From contig CAWKFA010000015.1 in the NCBI GenBank assembly GCA_963848825.1, positions 1,837,608-1,901,607 on the forward strand: 64,000 nt of DNA, written 5' to 3'. The notes beneath the pieces are model-generated. The model saw nothing but the letters and a program-made list of their open reading frames with translations. It did no database searches and was not told the origin of the DNA. How positions within the stretch are numbered: position 1 is the first letter of the stretch; each line of letters starts with the position of its first letter. Position numbers and translations under genes: made by a program. Of this stretch, positions 42,860-53,014 are shown in pieces. This DNA is from an uncultured Planctomycetota bacterium (GTDB lineage: Bacteria; Planctomycetota; Planctomycetia; Gemmatales; Gemmataceae).

Positions 42860-44157
42860 TACCAGGCACCAGAGAGCGCCGCTGATGGTCGCCACGTGCT
42901 GCGAGTCATTGGGCCGGCGCAGCAAATCGGTCCAGCCGCTCTGCTCGTTGTAGAGAACCCCTTCGGCGCCAAAGACGGCGCCGCCAGGGCAATGGCTGCC
43001 GCCGCGTAGACCAGAGTTGACAGGACCACAACCATGGTAGCGCCGGGATCCACCTCCCCCTTCACCAGATCGCGCGCCAGCAGGACGATGTTCACGAGTG
43101 GCGCCACCGCCAACGGCCCATCCAGCTCAAGGCCCGGCATCATGCCGATCAAGCCTGGCGCCAGCGACGCGAGCATGAGCGGTATCAAATACGCTTGCGC
43201 TTCCTTGAAACTGCGCGCAAAGCTGGTCAAGCTCAGGAGCACCGCGGAAAAAAACGCGGCGAACAACAGCAGCAAGCCAAAAAGCTGCACTACGAGCACC
43301 GGCGTGAGCCCGCCGTCCGCGAACAGTACATGGCTCAAGCCGCTAAACACCAGCGTAAAAATCATCGCCACCAGATTGACCAGCGCTGTCATGACGGCGA
43401 CCGTGAACACAGACACGTACTTGGCGAACAGCAGTCCCAGACGCGGCACGGGCGCCGCCATGAGGATTTCCAGGGTCCCGCGCTCGCGCTCGCCGGCGGT
43501 CAAATCGATGGCTGGGTAGACCGCGCCGGTGATCGTCATCAAGATGAGGATGAGGGGCACCAGGGCAGCCAGCGATATCATGCTGTCACCCCCGGCCACG
43601 ACGAGCGCCGTGCGGCTCAGGCGCAACAGGGCAACTTTTTCCGGCACCTCGGGCAAATAAAGCCGTGCTTCGAGGTTCTTTTCATGCACGGCGGCAAGGT
43701 GCCGCTCGACGTAGGCCAGGGCGCCGAGCGCGGCCGGATTGTTCGTCGCGTACTGGACGTCGGCCTTCAGTTCCATGTCTTCGGCCAGGGGCAAGCGAAA
43801 ACGCGCCGCGTCCTTGAGGGTGACCCCCAGATCGACTTCCCCCTCGCGCACCGCTTTGCCCAGGTCGTCTACCACTTTGCCGACAGACTTCACCTTCTTG
43901 GGCGGGGCCGCGTCTTGCCGTTTGCTTTCGGCAAACAACAGATGATCGCCGTACTGCAGGAACTGAAAAAACACCTGCATTTCCGGCCCGGAAGCAAAGC
44001 CCAGCCGATAAACCATGCCCCGATTGGGATCGATGCTGCTGGCCAGAAAGAATTGTTGAAAAGCGATGCTCAAGAGCGGATAAAGCAGCAGCGGCATCAA
44101 GACCAGCGTCAGGATGGTGCGGCGATCGCGAACAATTTCCAGCAGTTCCTTGCGCAC
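42859..44157 (-). CDS. ABC-2 family transporter permease
   Basis: 432 aa; N-terminal TM then large periplasmic loop and 5 C-terminal TM helices, typical ABC-2 topology. Confidence 0.75.
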   Translation of the reverse strand: MRKELLEIVRDRRTILTLVLMPLLLYPLLSIAFQQFFLASSIDPNRGMVYRLGFASGPEMQVFFQFLQYGDHLLFAESKRQDAAPPKKVKSVGKVVDDLGKAVREGEVDLGVTLKDAARFRLPLAEDMELKADVQYATNNPAALGALAYVERHLAAVHEKNLEARLYLPEVPEKVALLRLSRTALVVAGGDSMISLAALVPLILILMTITGAVYPAIDLTAGERERGTLEILMAAPVPRLGLLFAKYVSVFTVAVMTALVNLVAMIFTLVFSGLSHVLFADGGLTPVLVVQLFGLLLLFAAFFSAVLLSLTSFARSFKEAQAYLIPLMLASLAPGLIGMMPGLELDGPLAVAPLVNIVLLARDLVKGEVDPGATMVVVLSTLVYAAAAIALAAPSLAPKGFSTTSRAAGPICCAGPMTRSTWRPSAALSGAW

Positions 44158-44251
44158 CAGGCGCGTGAGCCGCGAGAGGGAGCGCGCGAATAATTGGACG
44201 ACTCATGAACCATGACTTGCCCTTGGCGACGCGGTGTCGGGCTCGCAAAAA

Positions 44252-45041
44252 TCAATCCGGCTTCAGTGCTGGCCCAATCCGCGACAGCTTCAAAAACATC
44301 TCGGTCAAGCTACTACAGCCGCTGCGCTCCTGTAACTCGGCCAGGGTGCCCTCACTGACCAGTTCACCCCGGTGCATGAGACCAAAACGCGTGCAGTGGC
44401 GCTGGGCATCGTCCAGGTGATGGGTGGTGAGGATGACGGCCTTGCCCTCGCCGCGCAAGTGATCGATATATTCGGTGACCACCTGGCAGCCGAGCACGTC
44501 CAGCCCAAGCGTCGGCTCATCCAGAAGCATGACGGGCGGCCGATGAATCAGCGCCCGCGCCAGGTTGACGCGCTGCGCGCTGGCCGGTGCTGAGCGTCCC
44601 GCAGCGCTGCTGGAGGAATTCCTTCAGATCGAGCAAGCGAACCAGATGGTCCAGCTCAATCGCGGCCTGCTCGGGCGCTACCCCATAGATGTCGGCAAAA
44701 AAAAGCAGCATCTCGCGAACGGTAAGCGCCTGATAAAGCCCCGTGCCGGCCGACACCAGACCGACACGCCGCTTGACTTCATTGGGATACTGGCTCGACC
44801 CAAAGCCCGCAATCGAAGCCTGCCCACTCGTGGGCCGCAGCAAACCCAGCAGCATGCGCAACGTGGTAGTCTTGCCCGCCCCATTAGGCCCCAGCAGGCC
44901 ATAAATCTCTCCCGCCGCCACCGTGAAGGACAACTCCTTGACCGCGGCCAGCGAACCGCCCCCCGGCAACGAAAAACATTTGCTCAGGCGGTCGACGTGG
45001 ATCATGAAAATGTTATACGGGCGGATGGGGGAGGCTTGCAT
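44252..45041 (-). CDS. ABC transporter ATP-binding protein; frameshift (1-nt insertion) near 44575 between Walker A and signature regions
   Basis: GPNGAGKTT Walker A, LSTGQR signature, [11 protein letters not shown] Walker B in ORF 44252-44530. Confidence 0.8.
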
Positions 45042-45164
45042 GAGTCCGGTCAGATCTTTCTATTCGTTCCAGGCAGAACGTCCTTGAACCTGGCGGCTGC
45101 GAACCGTGTCCTTTCAGAAATCAGAAAAATATTGTAAAATCGGGCAATTTGCAGGGGCTTGAAG

Positions 45165-46565
45165 ATGTTGCTGACGATCACAACGACGCACCAACCGGCG
45201 AACGACCTGGGCTTCCTACTCCACAAGCACCCGGAGCGGTTTCAGTCGTTCGACCTGAGTTTCGGCAAGGCTCACGTTTATTACCCCGAGGTCGGCGCCG
45301 AGCGGTGCACGGCCTGCTTGCTGCTCGACGTGGATGCCGTGGGCATGGTTCGGGGCAAGCAATCCGGACCAGAATTTCCTGCTGGCGCAGTACGTCAACG
45401 ACCGGCCCTACGCGGCCTCGTCGTTCATGAGCGTGGCCATCGCCCAGGTCTTCGGCTCGGCCCTCCAAGGGCGTTGCAAGGATCGGCCCGAGTTGGCGAC
45501 AACGGCGATTCCCTCTGCGGCCAGCATCGACGTGCTGCCGGTGCGCGGCGGCGAGCGGTTTCTTGCGTGCTGTTTTCGAGCCGCTGGGCTACGAGGTCGA
45601 AGCCGTCCGTTCTCCGCTGGACGAGCGGTTTCCCGAATGGGGCGAAAGTCCGTACTTCTCCGTGACCGTGCGGAAGACGACGACGCTGGCCGAATTGCTG
45701 ACCCACCTGTACGTCCTGATCCCGGTGTTCGACAACCGCAAGCATTACTGGGTCGGCGACGACGAGATGGAAAAGCTGCTTGCCAAGGGCGAGGGCTGGC
45801 TGGCCGGCCATCCCGAGAAGGAGGAGATCACCCGCCGCTATTTGAAGTTTCAGCCGAGCCTCTACCGCCTGGCGCTGGCCCGGCTCGTTCAGGAGGAGGA
45901 GCCGGAAGAAGCCGAAGAAGAGCGAGCAGCCGAAAGAGAAGGCCGAGGAGGTTCTGGAAAAGCCCATCAGCCTCAATGAACAGCGGCTCGGGGCGGTCGT
46001 GGCTTCGTTGCGAGCAAGCGGGGCCAAGCGGGTTCTCGACCTGGGCTGCGGTGAAGGCAAGCTGATCCGAGAACTGCTCAAGGACAAGCAGTTTGATGAG
46101 ATCGTGGGCATGGATGTCTCGATCCGCACCCTGGAAGTGGCCCAGCGCCGGCTCAAGGTGGACCGCCTGCCGACGATGCAAGCGAACCGGCTCAAGCTGA
46201 TTCACGGCTCGCTCATGTACCGGGACAAACGGCTGGAAGGCTTTGACGCCGCCGCCGTTGTCGAAGTCGTGGAACACCTCGATCCGCCTCGGCTGTCGGC
46301 GTTTGAGCGAGTGCTGTTTGAGTTCGCCAGGCCACGGACGGTCGTGCTGACGACGCCGAACCGGGAGTACAACGTGACGTGGGAGACGCTGCCGGCGGGA
46401 AAGTTTCGGCATCCCGACCACCGCTTTGAGTGGAATCGGCAGGAGTTTCAGGGATGGGCGCAACGGATTGCTGAGCGGTTCGGCTATACGGTGCGGTTCC
46501 TGCCGGTGGGGCAGGAACATCCTGAATATGGGCCACCGACGCAGATGGGCGGTATTTCAGCGTAA
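45165..46565 (+). CDS. hen1: bacterial Hen1 RNA 3'-terminal ribose 2'-O-methyltransferase; 3 frameshifts near 45330-45360, 45560-45600 and 45900-45960
   Basis: N-terminal MLLTITTTHQPANDLGFLLHKHPERFQSFDLSFGKAHVYYPE (Hen1 N-domain); C-terminal MTase RVLDLGCGEGKLIRELL...IVGMDVS...VVEVVEHLDPPRL...TTPNREYN. Confidence 0.8.
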
Positions 46566-46588
46566 GGCCAAAGTGAGGGGATAACGCC

Positions 46589-47039
46589 GTGGAAGCCGTG
46601 ATCTTCGTTGGCCTTCAAGGGGCCGGCAAATCGACATTCTACAAAGAGCGATTCTTTGCCACGCACCTGCGGATCAACCTGGACATGCTCAAGACCCGGC
46701 ATCGGGAAAAGCGGCTTCTGACGGCTTGCGTCGAGACCGGCCAGCCGTTCGTCGTGGACAACACGAACCCGACACGGGCCAGAACGAGAAGTCTACATTC
46801 GGGCGGCGAAGGAGGCCGGGTTTCGGGTGGTGGGCTACTACTTCCAGTCCCGAGTCGAGGACTGCAAGCGGCGGAACGACCAGCGACCTGCCGCCCAGCA
46901 GGTGCCGCTCCGTGGCATCCTCGGCACGGCTGGGCGAATGGAACTCCCGACCCGTGAGGAGGGATTCGACGAACTGTTCTACGTCAGGATTGACGACGGC
47001 GGCGGCTTCGTGATTGAGGAGTGGAAAGATGAAGTTTGA
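46589..47039 (+). CDS. stand-alone P-loop polynucleotide kinase (Pnkp/T4 Pnk kinase-domain family); one frameshift near 46775-46795
   Basis: GTG start; VIFVGLQGAGKSTFYKERF Walker A; VVDNTNPT...YIRAAKEAGFRVVGYYFQSRVEDCKRRNDQR typical PNK kinase-domain layout; no phosphatase or ligase domain. Confidence 0.7.
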
Positions 47040-47747
47040 TGAACTTGACGACAAGATGCGGGTGTTCGAGACGGCCCACGACCTGTGCGTGCTGCCGGGC
47101 CTGTACATGGTCGCCCGCCTGGACGGACGCAGCTTCACCCGGCTGACGAAGGAGGTCCACCAGTTGAGGCTCCGTTCGACGCCCGATTCCGTGACATGAT
47201 GCTGGCAACCGCCGAACACCTGATGACCGGCTGCGGCTTCAACATCGTTTACGGCTACACCCAGAGCGACGAGATTTCCCTGCTGTTCGCCCTGGAGGAG
47301 AACAGTTTCAGACGAAAGCTCCGCAAGCTGATCTCGGTCCTGTCCGGGGAGGCCAGCGCCAAGTTCTCACTGTTGCTGGGTGCGGTAGCCGTATTCGACT
47401 GCCGCATCTCGCAACTGCCCTCGGTGGACCTTGTGGTCGATTACTTCCGCTGGCGCAACGAGGACGCCCACCGCAACGCCCTGAACGCTCACGGCTACTG
47501 GCTCCTCCGCAAGAAGGGGACAGACGGTCGGGCGAGGCGACGGCGGCGATGAAAGGGCTGTCGGTGGCCCAGAAGAACGAGCTTCTGTTCCAGAACGGCG
47601 TCAACTTCAACGACCTCCCGCTGTGGCAGAAGCGGGGCTCTGGCCTGTACTGGGAGGAATACGAGCGACCCGCCGAAAACCCGGTCACAGGCGAGAAGGT
47701 GGTCGCCCGGCGCAGGCGGGTGCGCCGTGACCTTGAGTTGCCGATGA
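47029..47747 (+). CDS. Thg1-like protein (3'-5' RNA nucleotidyltransferase); frameshifts near 47150 and 47520-47545; reads through in-frame into the next gene as sequenced
   Basis: MKFDELDDKMRVFETAHDLCVLPGLYMVARLDGRSFTRLTKE ~ Thg1 N-terminus (SKFGYVRQFE...IVVRIDGKKFHEFSK); ...GYTQSDEISLLF (acidic metal site) and ...RWRNEDAHRNALNAHGYWLL; start overlaps the PNK stop by 11 nt. Confidence 0.8.
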
Positions 47748-48778
47748 AGGACGACTACTCGGCGTTTCTCCACAAGCTGCTGCCCGTCGAAGGCGTCAAC
47801 GCACGAGACGCCATGAAGTGTGACATGCAGGATCGAGTCCACCACCATCCGAACCTGATCTATTCGCTCGGCACGCAGGTCGTGACGCTGGTCGAAATCC
47901 TCGGCCAGAGCGGCAAGGTGCTGCACCCCCGTGGCTCGGTCGGCGTGGTCGTCCGCTCGCCGGTGGACCTGGATCATCCCTACCGGGTCCGGTTTGCCGA
48001 TGGCATCGAGGAGTCGCTGAACCGGGATCAAGTGACGATGCTGGCCCGCTACAAGGAGTCCGAGATCGGCGACACCGGCATCACGGCCATTCGCTGCAAC
48101 CTGTACGAGCGGGTCATCTATCGCTGCGTCATCGGCTCGCAGGCGTATGGCCTGGCCGGCGAAGGGTCGGACATCGACCGCCGAGGCATCTACCTGCCGC
48201 CCGCCGACCTGCACTGGTCGCTGTACGGCGTGCCCGATCAACTGGAAAACGACGACACCCAGGAAGCCTACTGGGAGATCCAGAAGTTTCTGGTGCTGGC
48301 ACTCAAGGCGAACCCGAACGTGCTGGAATGCCTCTACACGCCGACTGGTCGAGAAGGCGACTCCGCTGGCCGAGAAACTGCTGGCGATGCGGTCGTTATT
48401 TCCTCTCCCGCATGGTGTACCAGACGTACAACGGCTACGTCCTGTCGCAGTTCAAGAAGATGCAGGCCGACCTGCGCAACCAGGGCCAGGTGAAATGGAA
48501 GCACGTCATGCACCTGATCCGGCTGCTTGCTCTCGGGCATCCGCATCATGCGGGAGGGCTTCGTGCCGGTCAGGGTGGAGGAGCATCGGGAGAAACTGCT
48601 GGCGATCCGGCGAGGCGAGGTGCCCTGGGAAGAGGTCGAGGACTGGCGGAAGCGTCTGCACCACGAATTCAACGCCGCCTCGGAAGCGACGAACCTGCCC
48701 GAGCGCCCGGATTACGAGAGGGCCAATGCGTTTCTGATCGAGGCCCGCCGCTCGGCATTGTCGGAGAACCTGCCATGA
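47744..48778 (+). CDS. Pol-beta-fold nucleotidyltransferase with N-terminal beta-rich domain and C-terminal helical domain (possibly RlaP-type RNA-repair NTase); at least 3 frameshifts between 48340 and 48530
   Basis: VIGSQAYGLAGEGSDIDRRGIYLPP (GS...D.D minimal NTase motif); ATG 47744 overlaps a TGA (ATGA) usable as the TLP stop after a frameshift. Confidence 0.5.
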
Positions 48779-49550
48779 TGAACGACCCACGTTTGCTGAA
48801 GCAGGTCGAACTGCATCCCTATCCGCTGCTCTTCGCCACGATCAGCGGGGCGCACCTGTACGGCTTCCCGTCGCCGGATTCCGATTACGACCTGCGCGGC
48901 GTGCATCTGCTCCCGCTGGAGGAAGTGGTCGGGCTTGAAGACGGGCCAGGAGACGGTCGAGAAATCGGGAGTCCACGATGGCCTGGAGATTGATCTGGTC
49001 ACGCACGACGCCCGCAAGTTCTTCGGCCTGCTGCTGAAGAAGAATGGCTACGTGCTGGAGCAAGTCCTGTCGCCGCTCGTCGTCCACACGACGCCGGAAC
49101 ATGCGGAACTGAAGGAGATCGCCAAGAACTGCGTCACCCGGCATCATGCCCATCACTACCTGGGTTTTGCGGAAACGCAGTGGAAGCTCTTTCAGAAGGA
49201 AGACCCGCCGCACGTCAAGCCGCTGCTGTATGTGTACCGGGTGCTGTTGACCGGCATTCACCTGATGCGGACGGGCGAGGTTCAGGCCAACCTGGGGCGG
49301 TTGAACGAGAGCTTCAAGCTGCCGTACATCCCAGAATTGATCGAGCGAAAGGTTACGGCGGCACCGAGAAAGGACGCCTGGAGAAGGCGGACCTTGGCTT
49401 TTCATCAGCGGGAGTACGAACGGCTGCGGGCCGAACTTGAGCAGGCTTATCAGGAAAGCAAGCTGCCGGAAGCACCGAGCGGGGCGGCGGCGTTGGATGA
49501 ACTGCTTGTCCGCATTCGGCTTGGCAAGAAGGGCAATGAGGTTGATTGAA
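48775..49550 (+). CDS. paralogous Pol-beta-fold nucleotidyltransferase (possibly RlaP-type); frameshift near 48960
   Basis: ISGAHLYGFPSPDSDYDLRGVHLLP NTase motif; C-terminal helical domain paralogous to the preceding gene; ATG overlaps the upstream TGA (ATGA). Confidence 0.5.
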
Positions 49551-49659
49551 ATGAAAGAACGCACGCTTGCGACTGCCCCCTATGCAGAGCAAATGAAACG
49601 CTGGGAGGCACATTCTGCTGCCCTCAACCCTCGCTCACCAAACCTATCTTCACCGAATG

Positions 49660-50379
49660 CTACGAAAGAGAGACATTGTGGTAGATTTCCTGCACGTCAT
49701 CGCAATCGTTTAGCATGCCCAGGAATTTCTCGAACAAGGCCAAGTCTTCCCCGCTGAGCGTCTTTGTTGCCTGCGGAAGGAAAGTGATTTCCTGGACTTC
49801 CAGCTCAAGGCCGGGGAATGCCTCGAGCAAGGCCGTTTTGGCTTTGTAGAACTCGGCGGGAGGGGCGAAGACCGTAATGGTGCCATCCTTGCTTTCGACC
49901 TCTTCGATGGCGACATCCGCGGCGAACATGGCCTCCAGCACTTTCTCCTCGTTGTCACCCTTGAAAGAAAGTACCGCCAGGTGATCAAACGACATCACGA
50001 CGGACCCATTGGCAGCCAATTTGGACCCCGTCTTGGTGAAACAACTGCGAATATCGGAGATGGTACGTGTATTGTTGTCGGTCAAGCAATCGACAATGAC
50101 CAAGGCGCCGCCGGGACCAAACCCCTCATAACGCGCCGGTTGGAAGTCCTCGCCTCCCGTGCCAGCGGCTTTCTGAATCGCCTTTTCAATCACATGGCTC
50201 GGAACATTTTCACGCTTGGCTCTTTCGACGAAGCTGCGCAGCACCGGATTGGCGTCCGGGTCGGGCACGCCATTCTTGGCCGCCATGTACAATTGTTTGC
50301 TGTACTTGGAATAGAGCTTTGAGTTCTGAGCGGCGGTTTTGAAGATCGAGTGTTTGCGCTTCTCGAAAATTCTTCCCAT
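49660..50379 (-). CDS. YebC/PmpR family DNA-binding transcriptional regulator
   Basis: 239 aa, full-length match to the YebC family. Confidence 0.9.
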   Translation of the reverse strand: MGRIFEKRKHSIFKTAAQNSKLYSKYSKQLYMAAKNGVPDPDANPVLRSFVERAKRENVPSHVIEKAIQKAAGTGGEDFQPARYEGFGPGGALVIVDCLTDNNTRTISDIRSCFTKTGSKLAANGSVVMSFDHLAVLSFKGDNEEKVLEAMFAADVAIEEVESKDGTITVFAPPAEFYKAKTALLEAFPGLELEVQEITFLPQATKTLSGEDLALFEKFLGMLNDCDDVQEIYHNVSLS

Positions 50380-50582
50380 ACGAATTCTGCCTCTTTACTT
50401 TTCCAGGGAGCCGGGCCTCGCGAGGCTGTTCCAGAAGGCATCAAGCGGCTTGCTTCGGGGCTTAGTAGGCAAAAGCCGAACGATTTAAGTGATTCTGCAA
50501 GGCATATTTGTGGAGATAGTCGTTTCGGGGCGCACCACAATCGAAGGCCGTCGGGTCATGGCCTTGAGTGAGCGGAACCGGG

Positions 50583-50765
50583 TCAGGATGGGGCGTTGCG
50601 GTTGGCATCAAAAAGGCTCGGCTCCGTAAGCAGTTTCCTGAGCGCGGGAATTTCCTTCGCGGGCACGTCCAGGGCGGCACAAAAAGCTTGCCAGCGATCG
50701 TCGGGCAGGACGAATTGCACCTGGTCGGCAGTGTCCGCGGGATCCTCGTCCAGTGGCGTACTCAT
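50583..50765 (-). pseudogene. remnant of a DUF1778 (TacA-like) antitoxin: C-terminal region only, no RHH N-terminus and no adjacent GNAT toxin
   Basis: ...VLPDDRWQAFCAALDVPAKEIPALRKLLTEPSLF resembles the DUF1778 C-terminal motif (compare Salmonella TacA ...DPEAYQEFLVRLDQTPSPNAALRKTMQTP). Confidence 0.35.
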
Positions 50766-50943
50766 TGCTTCTGTCCTCCAAATCTCATGATACTGGAAAA
50801 ATCCCTGCCATGTCGAGCGTAAACAAGGGCGTTGCCGCCCCTTCACGTGGCTGCGGGTTCCCTTCAAGACTGAGCCGTTTCGCGGCTGCCTTCAATCCAG
50901 TCTACGTCGTCGTACGGCTTGCCTCGAACGACGCTGCGGCGAA

Positions 50944-51296
50944 GGTGAAAGGGTGGTGGTCTTCGTCCCCTGCCGCCTCGTGCGGCAGGAACGAAAGGTC
51001 TGTAGCTAAGGTAAAGGGTGGTGGTCTTCGTCCCCTGCCGCCTTGTGCGGCAGGAACGAAAGGTCTGTAGCTAAGGTAAAAAAGTGGTGGTCCTCGTCCC
51101 CTGCCGCCTTGTGCGGCAGGAACGAAAGGTCTGTAGCTAAGGACCCTGGCGGCGACCACAAAAAGGATGCGCGAGATGGTGGTTTAGGTGCGGACCTTGC
51201 GTTCCTGCCACGCGAGGTGGTAGGGGACGGGGTGTGGGCGGCTTGATTTTGCTAGCTGTCGACCTTTCGTTCCTGCCACGCGAGGTGGCAGGGGAC
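50944..51296. repeat. cluster of 36-bp stem-loop repeats: three direct copies in a 66-67-bp tandem unit (50965-51000, 51030-51065, 51096-51131) and two inverted copies (51193-51228, 51261-51296); not CRISPR
   Basis: gtcccctgccgccttgtgcggcaggaacgaaaggtc; inverted copies carry compensatory stem changes (cctgccGc/gCggcagg -> cctgccAc/gTggcagg). Confidence 0.75.
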
Positions 51297-51394
51297 GGGA
51301 CACTAGTATCCTGCCACACAATCCGGACGCGATAAATCGTCGAACAAAGTCAGCAAGCCATCTTTTGCGTCAAACGTCGCAGCTCAATAGCTAT

Positions 51395-52107
51395 CTAACC
51401 GCCGGCTGCCTGGGTAGCCAGCGTGGCCAAAACCAGTGCCGCCGTCTCGATACGCAGTATACGCGGTCCCAGACCCAGCACGTGCCAGCCATGCGCTGAT
51501 GCCTGGGCGATTTCTTCCGCCGTGAAGCCTCCTTCGGGGCCGACGGCACAGGATAGGTTTGCTCCCGCTGTCACCGGCCAGCCGGCGGTGGTTCCCGGGG
51601 TGGGCGGGTGAGCGACAATACGTAGGGTGCCGGCTGCGGCGCGTTCACAATAGGTAGCCCAGTCGATGGGGTCTTCCACGCGCATCAGTGTGTTGCGGCC
51701 GCACTGTTTGCTGGCTTCGATCACGTAGCGTTCGAGCTTGCTCTTTTTGTTGTCGCCCAGGTGGCCGGCGCCGCGCTGGCAGAGGAGCGGGACAAAGGCG
51801 CTGACGCCAAGTTCGGTTAACTTTTCCACCAGGAACTGGGCTCGATCCCCCTTGGGCACGGGCGCGGCGATTTCCAGGCGAAAGCCAAGCTCTCGGCTGG
51901 GCGAGGCCACCCCTTCAATTTCGAGATGAACCGACCTTTTCGAGACTTCGACGATGCGCCCGGGTATTCATGCCCATCGCCGTTGAATAGGCAGATTGCG
52001 TCACCCGCGCGAAGCCGGCAAACCGTGGCAAGATGGCGGGCTTCCGGGCCCGTCATTTCCACCGGACCGGTGGTCAATGGCCAGTTGAGATAAAATCGTT
52101 CCGACAT
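51395..52107 (-). CDS. rsmE: 16S rRNA (uracil1498-N3)-methyltransferase RsmE; frameshift at a cccggg run near 51963-51970
   Basis: N-terminal PUA-like MSERFYLNWPL...FNGDGHEY; alternative frame continues RIVEVSKRSVHLEIEGVASPSRELGFRLEIAAPVPKGDRAQFLVEKLTELGV (SPOUT domain). Confidence 0.8.
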
Positions 52108-52231
52108 TTATGGTACGATACGCCCGCCGTGCCTTCAGGGCGAGTCGTCCCTGGAGGAAAAGTAGTCCGCACCATCGGCGTGCGGCGGCCCGCGCCAGGA
52201 AGGTGCGGCCGGATATCAAGCGAGGGATGCC

Positions 52232-52920
52232 ATGTCGAGCGCCAAACCACCCCAAGAAAAGGAACCGGCCGGTCTGCACAGCACGCGCCAGATGCTCGAT
52301 GAACTCGATGCCCTGATGGACCGCATGCTGGCCCTTCCCGTCAACGATCTGGACGATGCCACGTTGCCGCGCGACGTGGTCCGCGTACCCACCATGTCAG
52401 CGACCCTGACCGTGCTCGATCCTCTTGAGCAAGAAGCAGAGGCGCCGGCGCCTGCCAAGGCGCCGCTACCGCGCCAGGTAGTGCCCAACGGGGGGTACAC
52501 CGCGGATCGTGACATGGATTCAAATTCAGTCGCGAGCCGAGACGTTCAGAGCAGGCCGCGGCCTGCGGTCATGGAGATGTCGTTTCTCGAACAACTCCCG
52601 CGCCACGCCCGACTCCCGATGCTGCGCCATTCCCCGAGGAAGTGATCCCGCCATCGATCGCCGCTCTGCCGGAGCCGGCCGTCGTGCCGGAAAGTACGAG
52701 CAAGGCACCCCGGCTGCCGCGGCGCTCGCTGGCCAGTCGCAGTGTGCTGCCCCTTTTGTGGTTCAATCAGGCCTTCGACGTTGCCACATACATTCTTGGT
52801 CCGCCGGGGCGCTGGCTGCGCGGCCCGGGCGGCCGCCACCTGCTGGGTTTGACGGGGTTGGGCATGCTGGCGCTTACGGGCTTATGGCTCGTAAAGGATT
52901 GGCTAAGTTGGACCTGGTAA
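52232..52920 (+). CDS. hypothetical protein(s) with C-terminal TM segment; two ORFs (52232-52645, 52642-52920) possibly one gene
   Basis: Coding-like composition only; no domain recognised. Confidence 0.3.
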
Positions 52921-53014
52921 TTCCGGCCAATACAATAAATGCAACGTGGCGGGCGGCGAATTAGTTATTTGTTGGACATAACCCCGTCATTCTGGCGAAG
53001 GCGGCAATAATGGG

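Noticed and set aside
45165-49550. RNA ligase (Rnl/ATP-grasp/RtcB) or phosphoesterase domain within the Hen1 cluster
   Set aside because: No KxDG nucleotidyltransferase ligase motif, RtcB-like or calcineurin-like phosphatase segment recognised in any frame; the NTase-fold ORFs carry Pol-beta GS...D.D motifs, not ligase motifs.
46589-49550. Hen1-cluster frameshifts as evidence of a dead pseudogene island
   Set aside because: Essential genes (pheT, rpmI) show the same kind of homopolymer frameshifts, so sequencing error explains both more simply; the cluster is treated as potentially functional.
50944-51296. Possible CRISPR array (36-bp repeats at 66-bp spacing)
   Set aside because: Intervening sequences are near-identical to each other rather than unique spacers, copies occur in both orientations, and no cas genes are present within 64 kb. 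Scored as a structured repeat family instead.
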